DNA of 63,958 nucleotides, filler included, from Thermodesulfobacteriota bacterium (GTDB taxonomy: Bacteria; DASVDK01): assembly GCA_036381125.1 (NCBI GenBank). It is 5 parts of 5 records of this genome, joined end to end, with 100 filler letters (N's around TTAATTAATTAA, not from the genome) between each part and the next. Parts side by side here need not be neighbours in the genome. Positions count along the whole stretch, not along the records: positions 28,785 to 35,501 come from DASVDK010000104.1; positions 35,602 to 48,649 come from DASVDK010000105.1; 3 more parts are not named here. One strand, written 5' to 3'. The position numbers were made by a program, and so were the translations under genes. Position 1 is the first letter of the stretch; each line of letters begins with the position of its first letter. Below, one piece after another: positions 33,699-43,290 of this stretch. Under the pieces are notes generated by a model. That model saw nothing but the letters and a program-made list of their open reading frames with translations, was not told the DNA's origin and did no database searches.

Positions 33699-33779
33699 CT
33701 CGCCCCCCTGGTCGCCGCGAGCCAGGGATGCGACCTCCGTACCAGACGGGCGGCGGCCCGCCCGGGCTACACTGTCCGT

Positions 33780-34295
33780 GTGCCGCCTCACGATCCCGAC
33801 GAGATCTTCGACGTGGTCGACGAGGCCGACCGGGTCGTCGGCCGCGCCGCCCGGGCCGTGGTCCACCGCCTCGGGCTGCGCCACCGCGCCGCCCACGTCT
33901 TCCTCCTCGACAGCGCGGGCCGCCTCTACCTGCAGCGCCGATCGCTCTCGAAGGACGAGAACCCCGGCCTCTGGGACTCCTCCGCAGCGGGGCACCTCGA
34001 CGCCGGCGAGACCTACGCCGAGGCCGCGCGCCGCGAGCTGGCCGAGGAGCTGGGCGTCCGGGTCGAGGCCGCCGCGCTGGTCGAGGTGGCGACGCTGCCG
34101 GCGACCCCCGAGACCGGTCAGGAGTTCCGCCGGCTCTTCACGGTGACCTGCGACGACCCGGTCCACCCCGACCCCGAGGAGGTGATGGACGGCGGGTTCT
34201 TCACCCTTGCCGACCTCGACCGCCGCCTCGCGGACGGCAGCCTCGAGGTGACGCCCGCCTTCCGGGAACTCTACGCGCGATACCGGCGCGGCTGA
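33780..34295 (+). CDS. NUDIX hydrolase (IDI type 1 / YfcD-like)
   Basis: 'HRAAHVFL', 'LQRRS..KD..PGLWD', Nudix box 'GHLDAGETYAEAARRELAEELG'. Confidence 0.88.
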   Translation: MPPHDPDEIFDVVDEADRVVGRAARAVVHRLGLRHRAAHVFLLDSAGRLYLQRRSLSKDENPGLWDSSAAGHLDAGETYAEAARRELAEELGVRVEAAALVEVATLPATPETGQEFRRLFTVTCDDPVHPDPEEVMDGGFFTLADLDRRLADGSLEVTPAFRELYARYRRG

Positions 34296-34349
34296 CGCCG
34301 CCGACGGCGTGCCGGCCGGCCGGCCTGCTCCGTGCTTCTCCGGTCGGGC

Positions 34350-34580
34350 ATGCCGTCCACTCCGAAGCGCACGCAGATCCCGAGCCCCGAAGCACGACCG
34401 CCCCGGGAAGCCGCCGAAGCCGAGGCAGGCCGCCTCGGCGCCGGCCGGCAGGTCTGGCCGAGCGGCAGCCCGGCGGCCGACCACGTCGAGGAAGGCTCGA
34501 TGGAGTCCTTTCCGGCCAGCGACCCGCCGGCCTGGATGCCGCCGACGATCCGCCTGGGACCGCCGAGGCGGGACTACTAG
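34350..34580 (+). CDS. Small protein with ESFPASDPPAW motif
   Basis: 'DHVEEGSMESFPASDPPAW'. Confidence 0.65.
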   Translation: MPSTPKRTQIPSPEARPPREAAEAEAGRLGAGRQVWPSGSPAADHVEEGSMESFPASDPPAWMPPTIRLGPPRRDY

Positions 34581-34582
34581 AG

Positions 34583-34633
34583 GGGGTCAGGTCTTTCCAT
34601 TTTCCAGAGGGGACCACGTCGAGGCCTGACCCC
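34583..34633. repeat. REP/REPIN-like inverted-repeat element, copy 1
   Basis: GGGGTCAGGTCTTTCCATTTTCC...AGGCCTGACCCC; related copy at 50065. Confidence 0.6.
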
Positions 34634-34692
34634 GACGCGCACGCCGGGCCGCGGCCGACCCGGCCCCGCGACGCACCCCACCGGGATCCGCT

Positions 34693-35501
34693 CTAGCGGG
34701 GCCGGTCGCGGAATACCTCGATGAGCCTGGCGTGCAGGCGGCCGTTGGACACCAGGAGGTCCATCGGCCGGTCGTCGGGCCGCAGGGTGAGCCGCACCGC
34801 CTGGCCGCGCAGGTCGGTCGCCCGGCCGCCGGCGGCCTCGAGGATGGCGAAGGGGCCGCAGAGATCCCACACGCCCCCCTTGAAGTCGGTCGAGTAGGTG
34901 AAGTCGGCCGCTCCCTCGGCGACGCGGCAGATCCGCAGACCGAAGGAGCCGACGCGGGCGGGGGGCGCAACACCGAAGCGCGCCACGTACTGCTCGCTCG
35001 CCGAGGGCCGGCGCAAGACGCTGCGCACGAGGCGGGCGCCCTCGACCGTCTCGCGCGCGCTCGCGTGGATGGGCGCCGGCGGCCGCCCCGCCTCGTGCTT
35101 CAGGGCCGGTCCCCCGGCGACGGCCGTGTAGGCCACGTCGGCCTCGGGGTCGACCACGACGCCGAGGACCGGCCGCCCCGCCTCGGCCAGGCCGACCAGG
35201 ACCGTGAACTCCGCGACGCCGAGGGCGTAATTGGTCGTGCCGTCGATCGGGTCGACGAACCAGGTGCGCCGCGCGCCGCCGCGGCCGTCCAGGAGCTCGG
35301 CCGACTCCTCCCCCACCACCGCATCGTCGGGAAAGCGGGCGCGCAGCCGCTCGACCAGGAAGCGGTCGAGCTCCCGGTCGACGGCCGTGACGAGCGAGCG
35401 GTCGGGCTTGTGCTGGATGTCGAGCGGACCCGACCGGGCCGCCACGGCGCGCGCCCCGGCCTGGCGCGCGAGCGAAAGGGCGAGCGCCAGCTCCTCTTCG
35501 T
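34693..35501 (-). CDS. Inositol monophosphatase / CysQ family phosphatase (5' truncated)
   Basis: 'VGEES', 'DPIDGTTNY', 'WDLCG'. Confidence 0.85.
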
Positions 35502-35601
35502 NNNNNNNNNNNNNNNNNNNNNNNNNNNNNNNNNNNNNNNNNNNNTTAATTAATTAANNNNNNNNNNNNNNNNNNNNNNNNNNNNNNNNNNNNNNNNNNN
35601 N
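35502..35601. other. Artificial contig linker
   Basis: N44-TTAATTAATTAA-N44. Confidence 0.99.
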
Positions 35602-37540
35602 TCGCGCCGCCCGACCCGAACCGCCACGGCCGCCGGATCGCACGCGTCGGGCAGACCGACTCGCAGAGCCGGCAGCCGACGCAGGCGCCGGCGTCGATCC
35701 GCGCCTTCCCCTGGGCATCGACCTGGATGGCCGGGCAGGCCGTGACGGAGATGCAGGACTCCTCGCAGTCGGCCACCCCGACGCAGCGCTTCGCGCGGAC
35801 CTCGAGCGGCAGCGCCGGCGGCTCCGGCAGGTGCGCCTCGCAGGGCCTGCGCGCGATGACCACCGAGACGCCGCCCCCCCGGACGCCGGCGACGATGGCG
35901 GCGGCCGTGCGCCTGACGTCGTAGGGGTCGACGACCGTCACCCGCCGCACCTGGCAGGCGCGCGCCAGGTCCTCGATCCTGATCGGCCGAGTCCCCGGCT
36001 GGCCCGGCGTGCCCGGGACCGGCTGACCGCCGGTGATGCAGCTCGTGCCGTTGTCGAGCACGAGCACGGTCAGGTCGACCTGCCGGTGGACGGCGCCGAC
36101 GAGCGCCGGCAGCCCGGCGTGGAAGAAGGCGCCGTCGCCGATCACGGCGACGACCGGCTTGCCGATGCCGGCATAGGCGAAGCCCTGGGCGACCCCGATG
36201 CTCGCGCCCATGGCCAGCTCCGTGGCGCAGGCGGACACCGGCTCGAGCGCGCCGAGCCCCGCGCAGCCGACGTCTCCGGCCACCATGACGCCGCGCGGCT
36301 CGGCCTTGAGGCTCTTCACCGCCTGACGCAGCGCAAGGAAGGTGCCCCGGTGCGGGCAGCCGGCCGGGAAGACCGGTACGCGCTCGTCGCCGGCCCCGTC
36401 CTCGTTCGCCTTCGCCGCCCCCTCCGACCGCGCCGGGCCGACCGGCGGCGCCGCCTCGGCCCGGCTGCCGGCGAGCGCCTCGAGCGCCGCCGCCACGATG
36501 TCCACGTCGTAGTCGCCGACGCGCGGCAGGAGCGGCGCCGACCCGTCCGCCGGGAGCTTGCCGACCACCGCCACCGGACGGCCCGCGGCGAGCCCCCGCA
36601 CGGCGCGCTCCACGACCGGCTCGAGCTCCTCGACCACGAGAACTCGATCGAGCCCGGCCAGGAACTCGGCCACCACCCCCTCGGGGATCGGATGGGAGGC
36701 CGGGAGCTTGAGGAGCGGCGCATCGGGGGCCGCGCGCCCCCGCGCCTCGAGCAGGTAGCGCCACGCGACCCCGACGCCGATCGCGCCGATCCGGCCGGTC
36801 CCCGCCTCGCGCCTCACGAGGTGGTCGGTCATCCGGCTCACCTCGTCGAGCCGCGCGAGGGCGGCTGCGTGCTGCGCCCGCACCCGCGCACGGCCCCGGC
36901 GCGCGTAGCGGTCCGGGTCGGGAGTGAACGTGCCCTTCACCCGCGTCCGTTCCGGCGGGCGCGTCGTCACGACGCCGGTCGTGTGCACGAGGACGGTCGT
37001 CAGGCGCAGGAGGATCGGCGCGCCGGTGCGCTCGGAGACCTCGAAGGCGTCGCGCGTGTAGTCGAGCGTCTCCTGCGGCGTGGCCGGCTCGAGCAGCGGC
37101 ACGGCGCCCATGAGCGCGTAGTAACGCGAGTCCTGCTCGACCCCACCGTAGTACGCGTTGGGATCGTCGGCCGCCAGGATCACCAGGCCGCCGTTCACCC
37201 CGCTCGCCACGACCCCCAGGAACGAGTCGGCCGCGACGTTGAGGCCCGACATCGTCATGCCGACCAGGACGCGCTTGCCGCTCCAGGCGACGCCGGCGGC
37301 GATCTCGATCGCGGTCTTCTCGTTGACCGCCCACTCGACCCGCATCTCCGGTCCGGCCAGCGGCACGAGCGCCTCGACCGCCTCGGACCCGGGCGAGCCG
37401 GGGTAGCCGACCACGACCGCGACGCCGGCCTCGACCGCGCCGCGGGCGGCCGCCTGCGCGGCCGACAGGAGCACCTCCGCCTGCGGGGCGAACGCGGCCA
37501 CGTTGATCGGCGGCGCGGCCGCCGGGGTGATGGCCTTCAT
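35602..37540 (-). CDS. iorA: Indolepyruvate:ferredoxin oxidoreductase alpha subunit-like (stop lost at contig edge)
   Basis: 'GYPGSP', 'EWAVNEK', 'EQDSR', 'GCPHR', TPP motif 'GDGAFFH..LDN', C-terminal ferredoxin CxxCxxCxxxCP. Confidence 0.85.
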
Positions 37541-37553
37541 GGACGTCGGGACC

Positions 37554-38141
37554 TCACGGCTCCTTCACCAGGGGCGCCAGCGCCTTGAACTCGGGCGTCC
37601 CCGCGCGGCCGAGGAGCTGGAAGACCACCGTCTCGGTCGAGGTGACGACCGCGCCGGCGCGCCCCATGAGGTCGACCCCGATCTGCCTGTTGGCCGCGGT
37701 CCGCGAGGCGACCGCATCGGCCGGGACCTGGACCGCGTAACCCGCCTCGAGGAGGCCGAGGGCGGTCTGCAGGACGCAGACGTGCGCCTCGACGCCGGCG
37801 AGGATCACCGTGCGGCGCCCCGATGCCTGGAGCGCCTCGCGGAAGGCCGGGACCGCCGTGCAGGCGAAGTCGACCTTCTCGATCGGGGTCGGCGGCGTCC
37901 CGCCGCCGGCCAGCGCCTCGGCCACCGGCCCGATGGTGCGGCCGAGCCCCTTCGGGTACTGCTCGGTCAGGAGCACCGGGAGGCCGAGGGTGCGCGCCGC
38001 CGTGGCGAGGAGCACCAGGTTGCGCGTGACGCGGGGGAACGTATCGGCCGGCATGGCGCGGGCGAGGTTTTCCTGGACGTCGACGACGACGAGACAGGCC
38101 GCCTCCCGGCGGGGCCAGAGGGTGTCCGGTCGGAACGACAT
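37554..38141 (-). CDS. Isochorismatase-family hydrolase
   Basis: 'VVDVQE', 'TEQYPKGLG', 'GVEAHVCVLQT'. Confidence 0.88.
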   Translation of the reverse strand: MSFRPDTLWPRREAACLVVVDVQENLARAMPADTFPRVTRNLVLLATAARTLGLPVLLTEQYPKGLGRTIGPVAEALAGGGTPPTPIEKVDFACTAVPAFREALQASGRRTVILAGVEAHVCVLQTALGLLEAGYAVQVPADAVASRTAANRQIGVDLMGRAGAVVTSTETVVFQLLGRAGTPEFKALAPLVKEP

Positions 38142-38206
38142 GCGGGGGGCTCCGGCAACGGCGAGTGGATGCGGCCGATCAGCGGCCCGGCCGCGAAGAC
38201 CGACCG

Positions 38207-38235
38207 CTTGTAGCATGGACGGCGGGCGGGGTCAA
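38207..38235 (-). promoter_or_regulatory. Sigma70-like promoter TTGACC-N17-TACAAG
   Basis: Upstream of hydrolase-iorA; extended -10 TG. Confidence 0.45.
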
Positions 38236-38364
38236 TCGGTCCCGCGCGGCTCGCGCGCGAGGCGAGCCACGCCGTTCGCCGGCCGGGCCGGCCTGGCGCC
38301 GGCCCCGCCGTCGGGAGCGAAACGGATTCGAGGACGGGGGTCGTGCGACCCCCACTCCTCGTGC

Positions 38365-38991
38365 CTAGAACGGCGTCGAGCGGATCGGCCGCCGGAAGGT
38401 CGGCGGTTCGGTGCGTGACGGCGTGCCGCGCGGCGCCTCGGCCGGTTCGGGATCCGGTTCCGACCCCAGGAAGGCGGCGACGCCGGAGATCCCCTTGTCG
38501 ATCTCGAGGGCCAGCGACCCCACGTGCGTGAGGAAGTCGGCGAGCCCCTCGCCCTGGATGTAGACCGTCGCCGCGCGGCCGGAGGTCACCGGCAGGATCC
38601 GCGCGTCGAGCGACAGGCGCTCGCCGATCGCGGTGAGCGTCCCCATGACGACGAACTGCGCGCCCGACTCCCGGCCGACCTCGCGCGCCGTCGCCTCCGT
38701 GATCGGCCCGGCGCCCCGGCGCTCGATCGCGGCGGCGACCGCCCCCTGCTCCGCCGGCGTCAGCGTCGCCAGTCGCGTGGCGAGGATGTCCGGAACCGCC
38801 TGTCCCAGGTAGCCGATCTCCACCGGCCCGTTCACGCGGAACGGCAGGAGCGCCACGACCACCGGCGCGCGCTGGTCGACCAGCCCGCCGCTCCCCGGCC
38901 GCTGCGCCAGCGCCTCCGTCCCGCTCACCGCCACCCCGAGCGTGCCGGCGAGGGCCATCGCGAACCACCGCGTCATCCCCTGCATAGCCAT
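38365..38991 (-). CDS. Exported protein, TolB-N/CsgG/FlgO-like domain
   Basis: Signal peptide; 'ALLPFRVNG..YLGQAVPDILATRL', 'AREVGRESGAQFVVMGTLTAIGERLSLDARIL'. Confidence 0.7.
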   Translation of the reverse strand: MAMQGMTRWFAMALAGTLGVAVSGTEALAQRPGSGGLVDQRAPVVVALLPFRVNGPVEIGYLGQAVPDILATRLATLTPAEQGAVAAAIERRGAGPITEATAREVGRESGAQFVVMGTLTAIGERLSLDARILPVTSGRAATVYIQGEGLADFLTHVGSLALEIDKGISGVAAFLGSEPDPEPAEAPRGTPSRTEPPTFRRPIRSTPF

Positions 38992-39334
38992 CTCCCCAAA
39001 GAACTCTCGGTCTCCGCCGAGCCTTCTCGCACGCTAGCATGGGGTCGAGTGACCCGTCAAACGGGGAGCATGCGACCCCTTTGCCGCTCCGCGACCAGGC
39101 TGTTGACACATCGCAGATACGACCGATAGGCTGGATGCATGGTCGCCTCCGGCGGCCGCCATCGGCCTGGCCGGACCGACCCCCGGACCTCGTCCGGCTC
39201 CCCGCCCACCGCCCGGCCGGTCCCTCCCCGTAACCTCACGGACGCCGGCCGCTCGCGCAGGGCCCGGGGTCTGCACTCGCCAGACGCGCCCCGGCTTGCA
39301 GCCGGGCGCCCGGCTGTATTGGGGGGGATCCACC

Positions 39335-41020
39335 ATGACGGCACGACGCATCGCGTTCGCCGTGGCGGTCGGCTTCGGCCTCGCGCTGGCCGGCTGCGGC
39401 GGCTCGGCCAGCGGGACCGGCGGCGCCGACGACTCGGCCGGCGTCTCGCTCGACCTCGACTATCTGTCGCCCGCGACGCCACGCGCCGAAGGCCTCGCAC
39501 GGCACATCGCCGACGCGCTCCCGGCGCCCGACCCCGCGCCGCGCCCCCCATCGAACACCTGGCTGCGGGTCGAGGTCACCGGTCCCGACTTCGCCCCGGT
39601 CGTCTGTCGGTTCCCGCGGGCGACCGGCGGCGAGTGCGGCGGCATCCCCGCCGGGTCCGGCCGCGTCGTGACCGTCGAGGAGTGGGACGCCGCCTTCGGC
39701 ACGCTCTACTTCCGGGGTCAGGCGACCGGCGTCGTGATCGTGGCCGGACGGAGCACCCGGGTTCAGGTCGCCATGCGGGCGCCCGTCGCCATCCAGTACC
39801 CGGCGGCCGACGGCGGCATCAACCTCCCCGCCTTCACCGCCGTCGTCCAGACCGAACCGCACGCGCTGGTCCTCCTCTACCTCGGCAGTCATCTCGTCGG
39901 GACCGAGTCGGCCGACGAGCACGGCGTCGTCGAGATCCCGGTGGACCAGGGAGGCCCGACCGTCCCGCCCCGGGAGGACGGCCAACCCGGCCTGCCCGAC
40001 GGCGACTACCTCCTCACCGCCGTCGCCCTTCCCCCCGCCTCACCCGGCGGCACGCCGGTCAAGCTCCAGGGCACGCCGCACGCCTTCGCCGTGGACCTCG
40101 TCCCTCCCTCGCTCGCCCTCTCCGGCCCTTCGCTCACCAGCGCCGACACCGTCGACATCGCGGGCGTCACCGAACCCGACGCGCGCGTGCGCTGCGGCCG
40201 CGACCGCCCCGAGGAGGAGGTCGCGGTCGGCGCCGACGGCCGCTTCACGCGCGCCGCCTTCCCCATCGCCGGCTCCACGACGCGGATCGTCTGCGACGCC
40301 ACCGATCGCGCCGGCAACGTCACCACGCGCGACCTCCTGGTGGCCTTCCTGCCCCAGGGCTTCGCCATCGAGGCGTCGATGCCGGACGTGACCCGGCACG
40401 CCACCGAGACGCTGCGCGTCACGACCGACCCCACCGTCGAGGACCTCCGGATCGACGTCCTCGGCGAACTCGACCAGTCGACGCACCAGACCATCGCCGG
40501 CCCCCAGGCCGTCCCCGGCATCTTCGAGGTGCCGATCTCGCTCTTTCGGAATCAGTGGAACCGGGTCCAGGTGAGCGCGCGCGTGGGAGGTGTCGTGCTC
40601 GGATCAGTGGAGGTCGCGGTGGAGCATGATGATGTGCCGCCTCCAACACCTAAGCTCTTGAGCGCTCTGGTGCCGGACTGGATCAACGACCCCAGTGAGG
40701 CCCAGGTCGTCGGGGACCGTCTCTATTTCTCCTTCGTGACGATCGTTACTACAACACCGGAGCCCGGCGCAAAGATCGAGATCTTCCGAGTACATCTCCC
40801 AGTTAACTACGTGGGGCTCAGCGGAGACGGCGGCGCGCTTGTCGACCCTGAACCGACCGATCTGTTCGCCGTTACAGAAACTGGATTCTACGAAGTCCCG
40901 GCAGGTAGCTGCTTTCGGGGTCTATTAGCCAGGTCTGTCGATCGCGCCGGTAATCCGTCCGCCGGCTGGAATCTAGTAGGAATGTCTATGCTGGGTTTTC
41001 CGGAAACCTGCGTGCGATGA
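39335..41020 (+). CDS. Surface lipoprotein with Ig-like repeats
   Basis: Lipobox LAGC; 'TEPHA', 'TEPDA', 'ATDRAGN', 'VDRAGN' Big-domain signatures. Confidence 0.75.
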   Translation: MTARRIAFAVAVGFGLALAGCGGSASGTGGADDSAGVSLDLDYLSPATPRAEGLARHIADALPAPDPAPRPPSNTWLRVEVTGPDFAPVVCRFPRATGGECGGIPAGSGRVVTVEEWDAAFGTLYFRGQATGVVIVAGRSTRVQVAMRAPVAIQYPAADGGINLPAFTAVVQTEPHALVLLYLGSHLVGTESADEHGVVEIPVDQGGPTVPPREDGQPGLPDGDYLLTAVALPPASPGGTPVKLQGTPHAFAVDLVPPSLALSGPSLTSADTVDIAGVTEPDARVRCGRDRPEEEVAVGADGRFTRAAFPIAGSTTRIVCDATDRAGNVTTRDLLVAFLPQGFAIEASMPDVTRHATETLRVTTDPTVEDLRIDVLGELDQSTHQTIAGPQAVPGIFEVPISLFRNQWNRVQVSARVGGVVLGSVEVAVEHDDVPPPTPKLLSALVPDWINDPSEAQVVGDRLYFSFVTIVTTTPEPGAKIEIFRVHLPVNYVGLSGDGGALVDPEPTDLFAVTETGFYEVPAGSCFRGLLARSVDRAGNPSAGWNLVGMSMLGFPETCVR

Positions 41021-41026
41021 TGTCGT

Positions 41027-41067
41027 CTTCCGTGGCCGTAGGCCATCCGCTAGTACGGCCACGGAAG
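41027..41067. terminator. 14-bp perfect stem between convergent genes
   Basis: CTTCCGTGGCCGTA / TACGGCCACGGAAG. Confidence 0.65.
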
Positions 41068-41078
41068 CTGACAAGCCT

Positions 41079-42413
41079 TCAAAAGGCGTACTTCAGTTGA
41101 GTCACAACGGCGTGGGCTTCCGTGTTGTACGTCCCATTCGCCTTCAGACCGTCAACTCCAGGTGGCGAGGTCAAGAGGAACGCGTTGTTCTTCGTTCGCT
41201 CGTGGAAGTACTGGTACTCGTACGCGAAGTCGAACGTCAGCGACTTCGTGATCTTGTAGCCGAAGCCGGCGGTGAAGGCCGACCGATCTGAGTCGGGCAG
41301 GATCGGGTCGAGTGTCTCGTCCGGAATCGGCGTGTTGATGTACGCGTAGCCGAGGCGAATCGCGAGCGGCTCGGACACCTGGAACTGCGTACCGACGCGG
41401 TAGGTGGACGTGTTCTTCCACTTGCGGTTCGGGAACGGCGCGCCCGCCGTAAGTCCTGCTTGAATGGCGCCGAGGTTCGCAGGATCCGGCGCCGTGTTGA
41501 TGTGCAGAGCAAGGTCCTGGAAGCTGCTCCAGTGGGTGTAGTCCCAATCGAATTCCACCGTCCACCAGTCCGTAGGCTTAACGGCAATGCCCACGATCAG
41601 AGTACTTGGCAATGGCAGCTTCGCGGTCGCGTTCGTACGAGGCAGGAACGGCGCACCGTCTAGTGTCAAGCTGCTGAAGTCGCCGTTGTACTCGACGACC
41701 GCCTGGTGACGATACTGCGCGCCGATCTTCACGCGGTCGCCCATGCGGACCTGGGTTCCCACGTCGTAAGTTACCCCCCACCCGTCAGCATCGAAGTCGA
41801 ATACAGCTTCCGTACCGGGGATGACACCGTAGGAAGTTCTCGACAGCCTGACGTCGGACTTCACGTACGCGAGTCCAGCCGACACCGACCACCATGGAAG
41901 CAGGTCGTGCGCTACGGCGAAGTCTAGGTAAGTGGCGCGTATCTCGTCGAAGGTAGTGATGTTCCGTCCATCCCAGTCGTCGGGCCAGTCCACACGCAAG
42001 CCGAAAGGTACGTAAAGGCCGAAGCCGATGGCGGTCTGCTCCCCCACCTTCTTGGTCGCAAAGAGGGTCGGCAGCGAGAACAGCTTACTTGAAGCTTCGG
42101 ACGGACTTGCAGGAGTCGGGTTGAGAGTGCCCCGCGCCAACGAGATCTGCCCCGGCAGCGGCTCGAACTCCGACCCGGGCGCGTAGATGAACGTGAACCC
42201 GCCCTGCACCTGCGTGCCCTCGAGCTGCGTGATGCCGGCGGCGTTGTAGTAGATGGCGGAGGGGTCGTCCGCCTGGGCCGCGAAGGCGCCGTTCATGCCC
42301 ATGGCCTTGGCACCGTGGGCACCGAGGCGGAAGCCGGTCGCCTGGCTCGTCGTCGCCAGGCCGAGGACTGCGAGAGGCAGCACGACGAGCGACATGAACA
42401 GCCGTCTGAGCAC
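41079..42413 (-). CDS. fadL: FadL/OmpP1 long-chain fatty acid outer-membrane transporter
   Basis: 'GAKAMGMNGAFAAQADDPSAIYYNAAGITQL', 'YVPFGL', 'LPDSDR', terminal F. Confidence 0.88.
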   Translation of the reverse strand: MLRRLFMSLVVLPLAVLGLATTSQATGFRLGAHGAKAMGMNGAFAAQADDPSAIYYNAAGITQLEGTQVQGGFTFIYAPGSEFEPLPGQISLARGTLNPTPASPSEASSKLFSLPTLFATKKVGEQTAIGFGLYVPFGLRVDWPDDWDGRNITTFDEIRATYLDFAVAHDLLPWWSVSAGLAYVKSDVRLSRTSYGVIPGTEAVFDFDADGWGVTYDVGTQVRMGDRVKIGAQYRHQAVVEYNGDFSSLTLDGAPFLPRTNATAKLPLPSTLIVGIAVKPTDWWTVEFDWDYTHWSSFQDLALHINTAPDPANLGAIQAGLTAGAPFPNRKWKNTSTYRVGTQFQVSEPLAIRLGYAYINTPIPDETLDPILPDSDRSAFTAGFGYKITKSLTFDFAYEYQYFHERTKNNAFLLTSPPGVDGLKANGTYNTEAHAVVTQLKYAF

Positions 42414-42519
42414 GGTGGACGCCTCCTGAAGAGCGCTCGAAGAGCCGATGGCTCGAGGGCTTGCATGCTATGGAAGCGGCCGGTTTGTACTACGGCTCCG
42501 GGCCCGAGGTCAAGGAAAA

Positions 42520-43290
42520 TCACAGGGCCCGGACGAAGGGGCGCACGGCCGAGGCGAAGGCGCCCGGGGCCTCCACCGGCAGCATGTGACCGACGCCGGG
42601 CACGACGACGAGCGCGGCGCCGGCGATGTGATCGGCAAGGAAGGCGGCAAAGCGGGGGGGCGTGAGCACGTCGGCCTCGCCGACGAGCACGAGCGCGGGG
42701 ATCCCGATCTCTCCCAGCCGCCCCCGCACGTCGAACGTCTGGCAGGCGCGAAAGTCGGCCCGCAGGACCTCGGACGGGGTCTTGCGCATCTCGGCGATGG
42801 CGCGGGCGAGCATCGCCTCCGAGGCGGCCGGACCGTAGGCGAGTCGGCAGATGCGCTCGACCGCGGCATCGGGGTCTCGCTCGAGGAGGTCCATCGTCTC
42901 GGGAGCGACGCCGAGTTTGGCGCCGGTTCCGACGAGGACGAGGCCGGCCACGCGGCCTGGCGCCTCGAGCGCGAGCGACAGCGCGATGCCGCCGCCCATG
43001 GAGTGGCCGACGACGACGGCGCGCTCGATGCCGACCGCATCGAGGAAGCCGGTGACGGTGTCGGCGTACCGGTCGAGGGTGATCCGGCCGTCGAGCGGTG
43101 CGGAGCGGCCGTGGCCGGGAAGGTCGAGCGCGTACACGGCGCGCTCGTCGCGGAACGCCACGTGGACCTGGGGCCACATGGCGGCGGCGCCGCCGGCGCC
43201 GTGGATGCAGACGAGCGGGACGGCCCGGGGGTCCCCGGACGGCCCGCCGAGGTAGGCGAGCGACCGTCCGCCCACCTCGACGGCGGGCAT
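42520..43290 (-). CDS. Alpha/beta hydrolase
   Basis: HGAGG, DLPGHG, GHSMGG. Confidence 0.88.
   Translation of the reverse strand: MPAVEVGGRSLAYLGGPSGDPRAVPLVCIHGAGGAAAMWPQVHVAFRDERAVYALDLPGHGRSAPLDGRITLDRYADTVTGFLDAVGIERAVVVGHSMGGGIALSLALEAPGRVAGLVLVGTGAKLGVAPETMDLLERDPDAAVERICRLAYGPAASEAMLARAIAEMRKTPSEVLRADFRACQTFDVRGRLGEIGIPALVLVGEADVLTPPRFAAFLADHIAGAALVVVPGVGHMLPVEAPGAFASAVRPFVRAL

Noticed and set aside
39139-40629. ORF starting 6 nt after the TTGACA-N18-TAGGCT promoter
   Set aside because: Low-complexity shadow frame of the lipoprotein gene. The promoter more likely serves the gene starting at 39335.
40545-41020. Diversity-generating retroelement as the cause of the low-GC lipoprotein tail
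   Set aside because: No template repeat or reverse transcriptase seen, and the anomaly extends through fadL.
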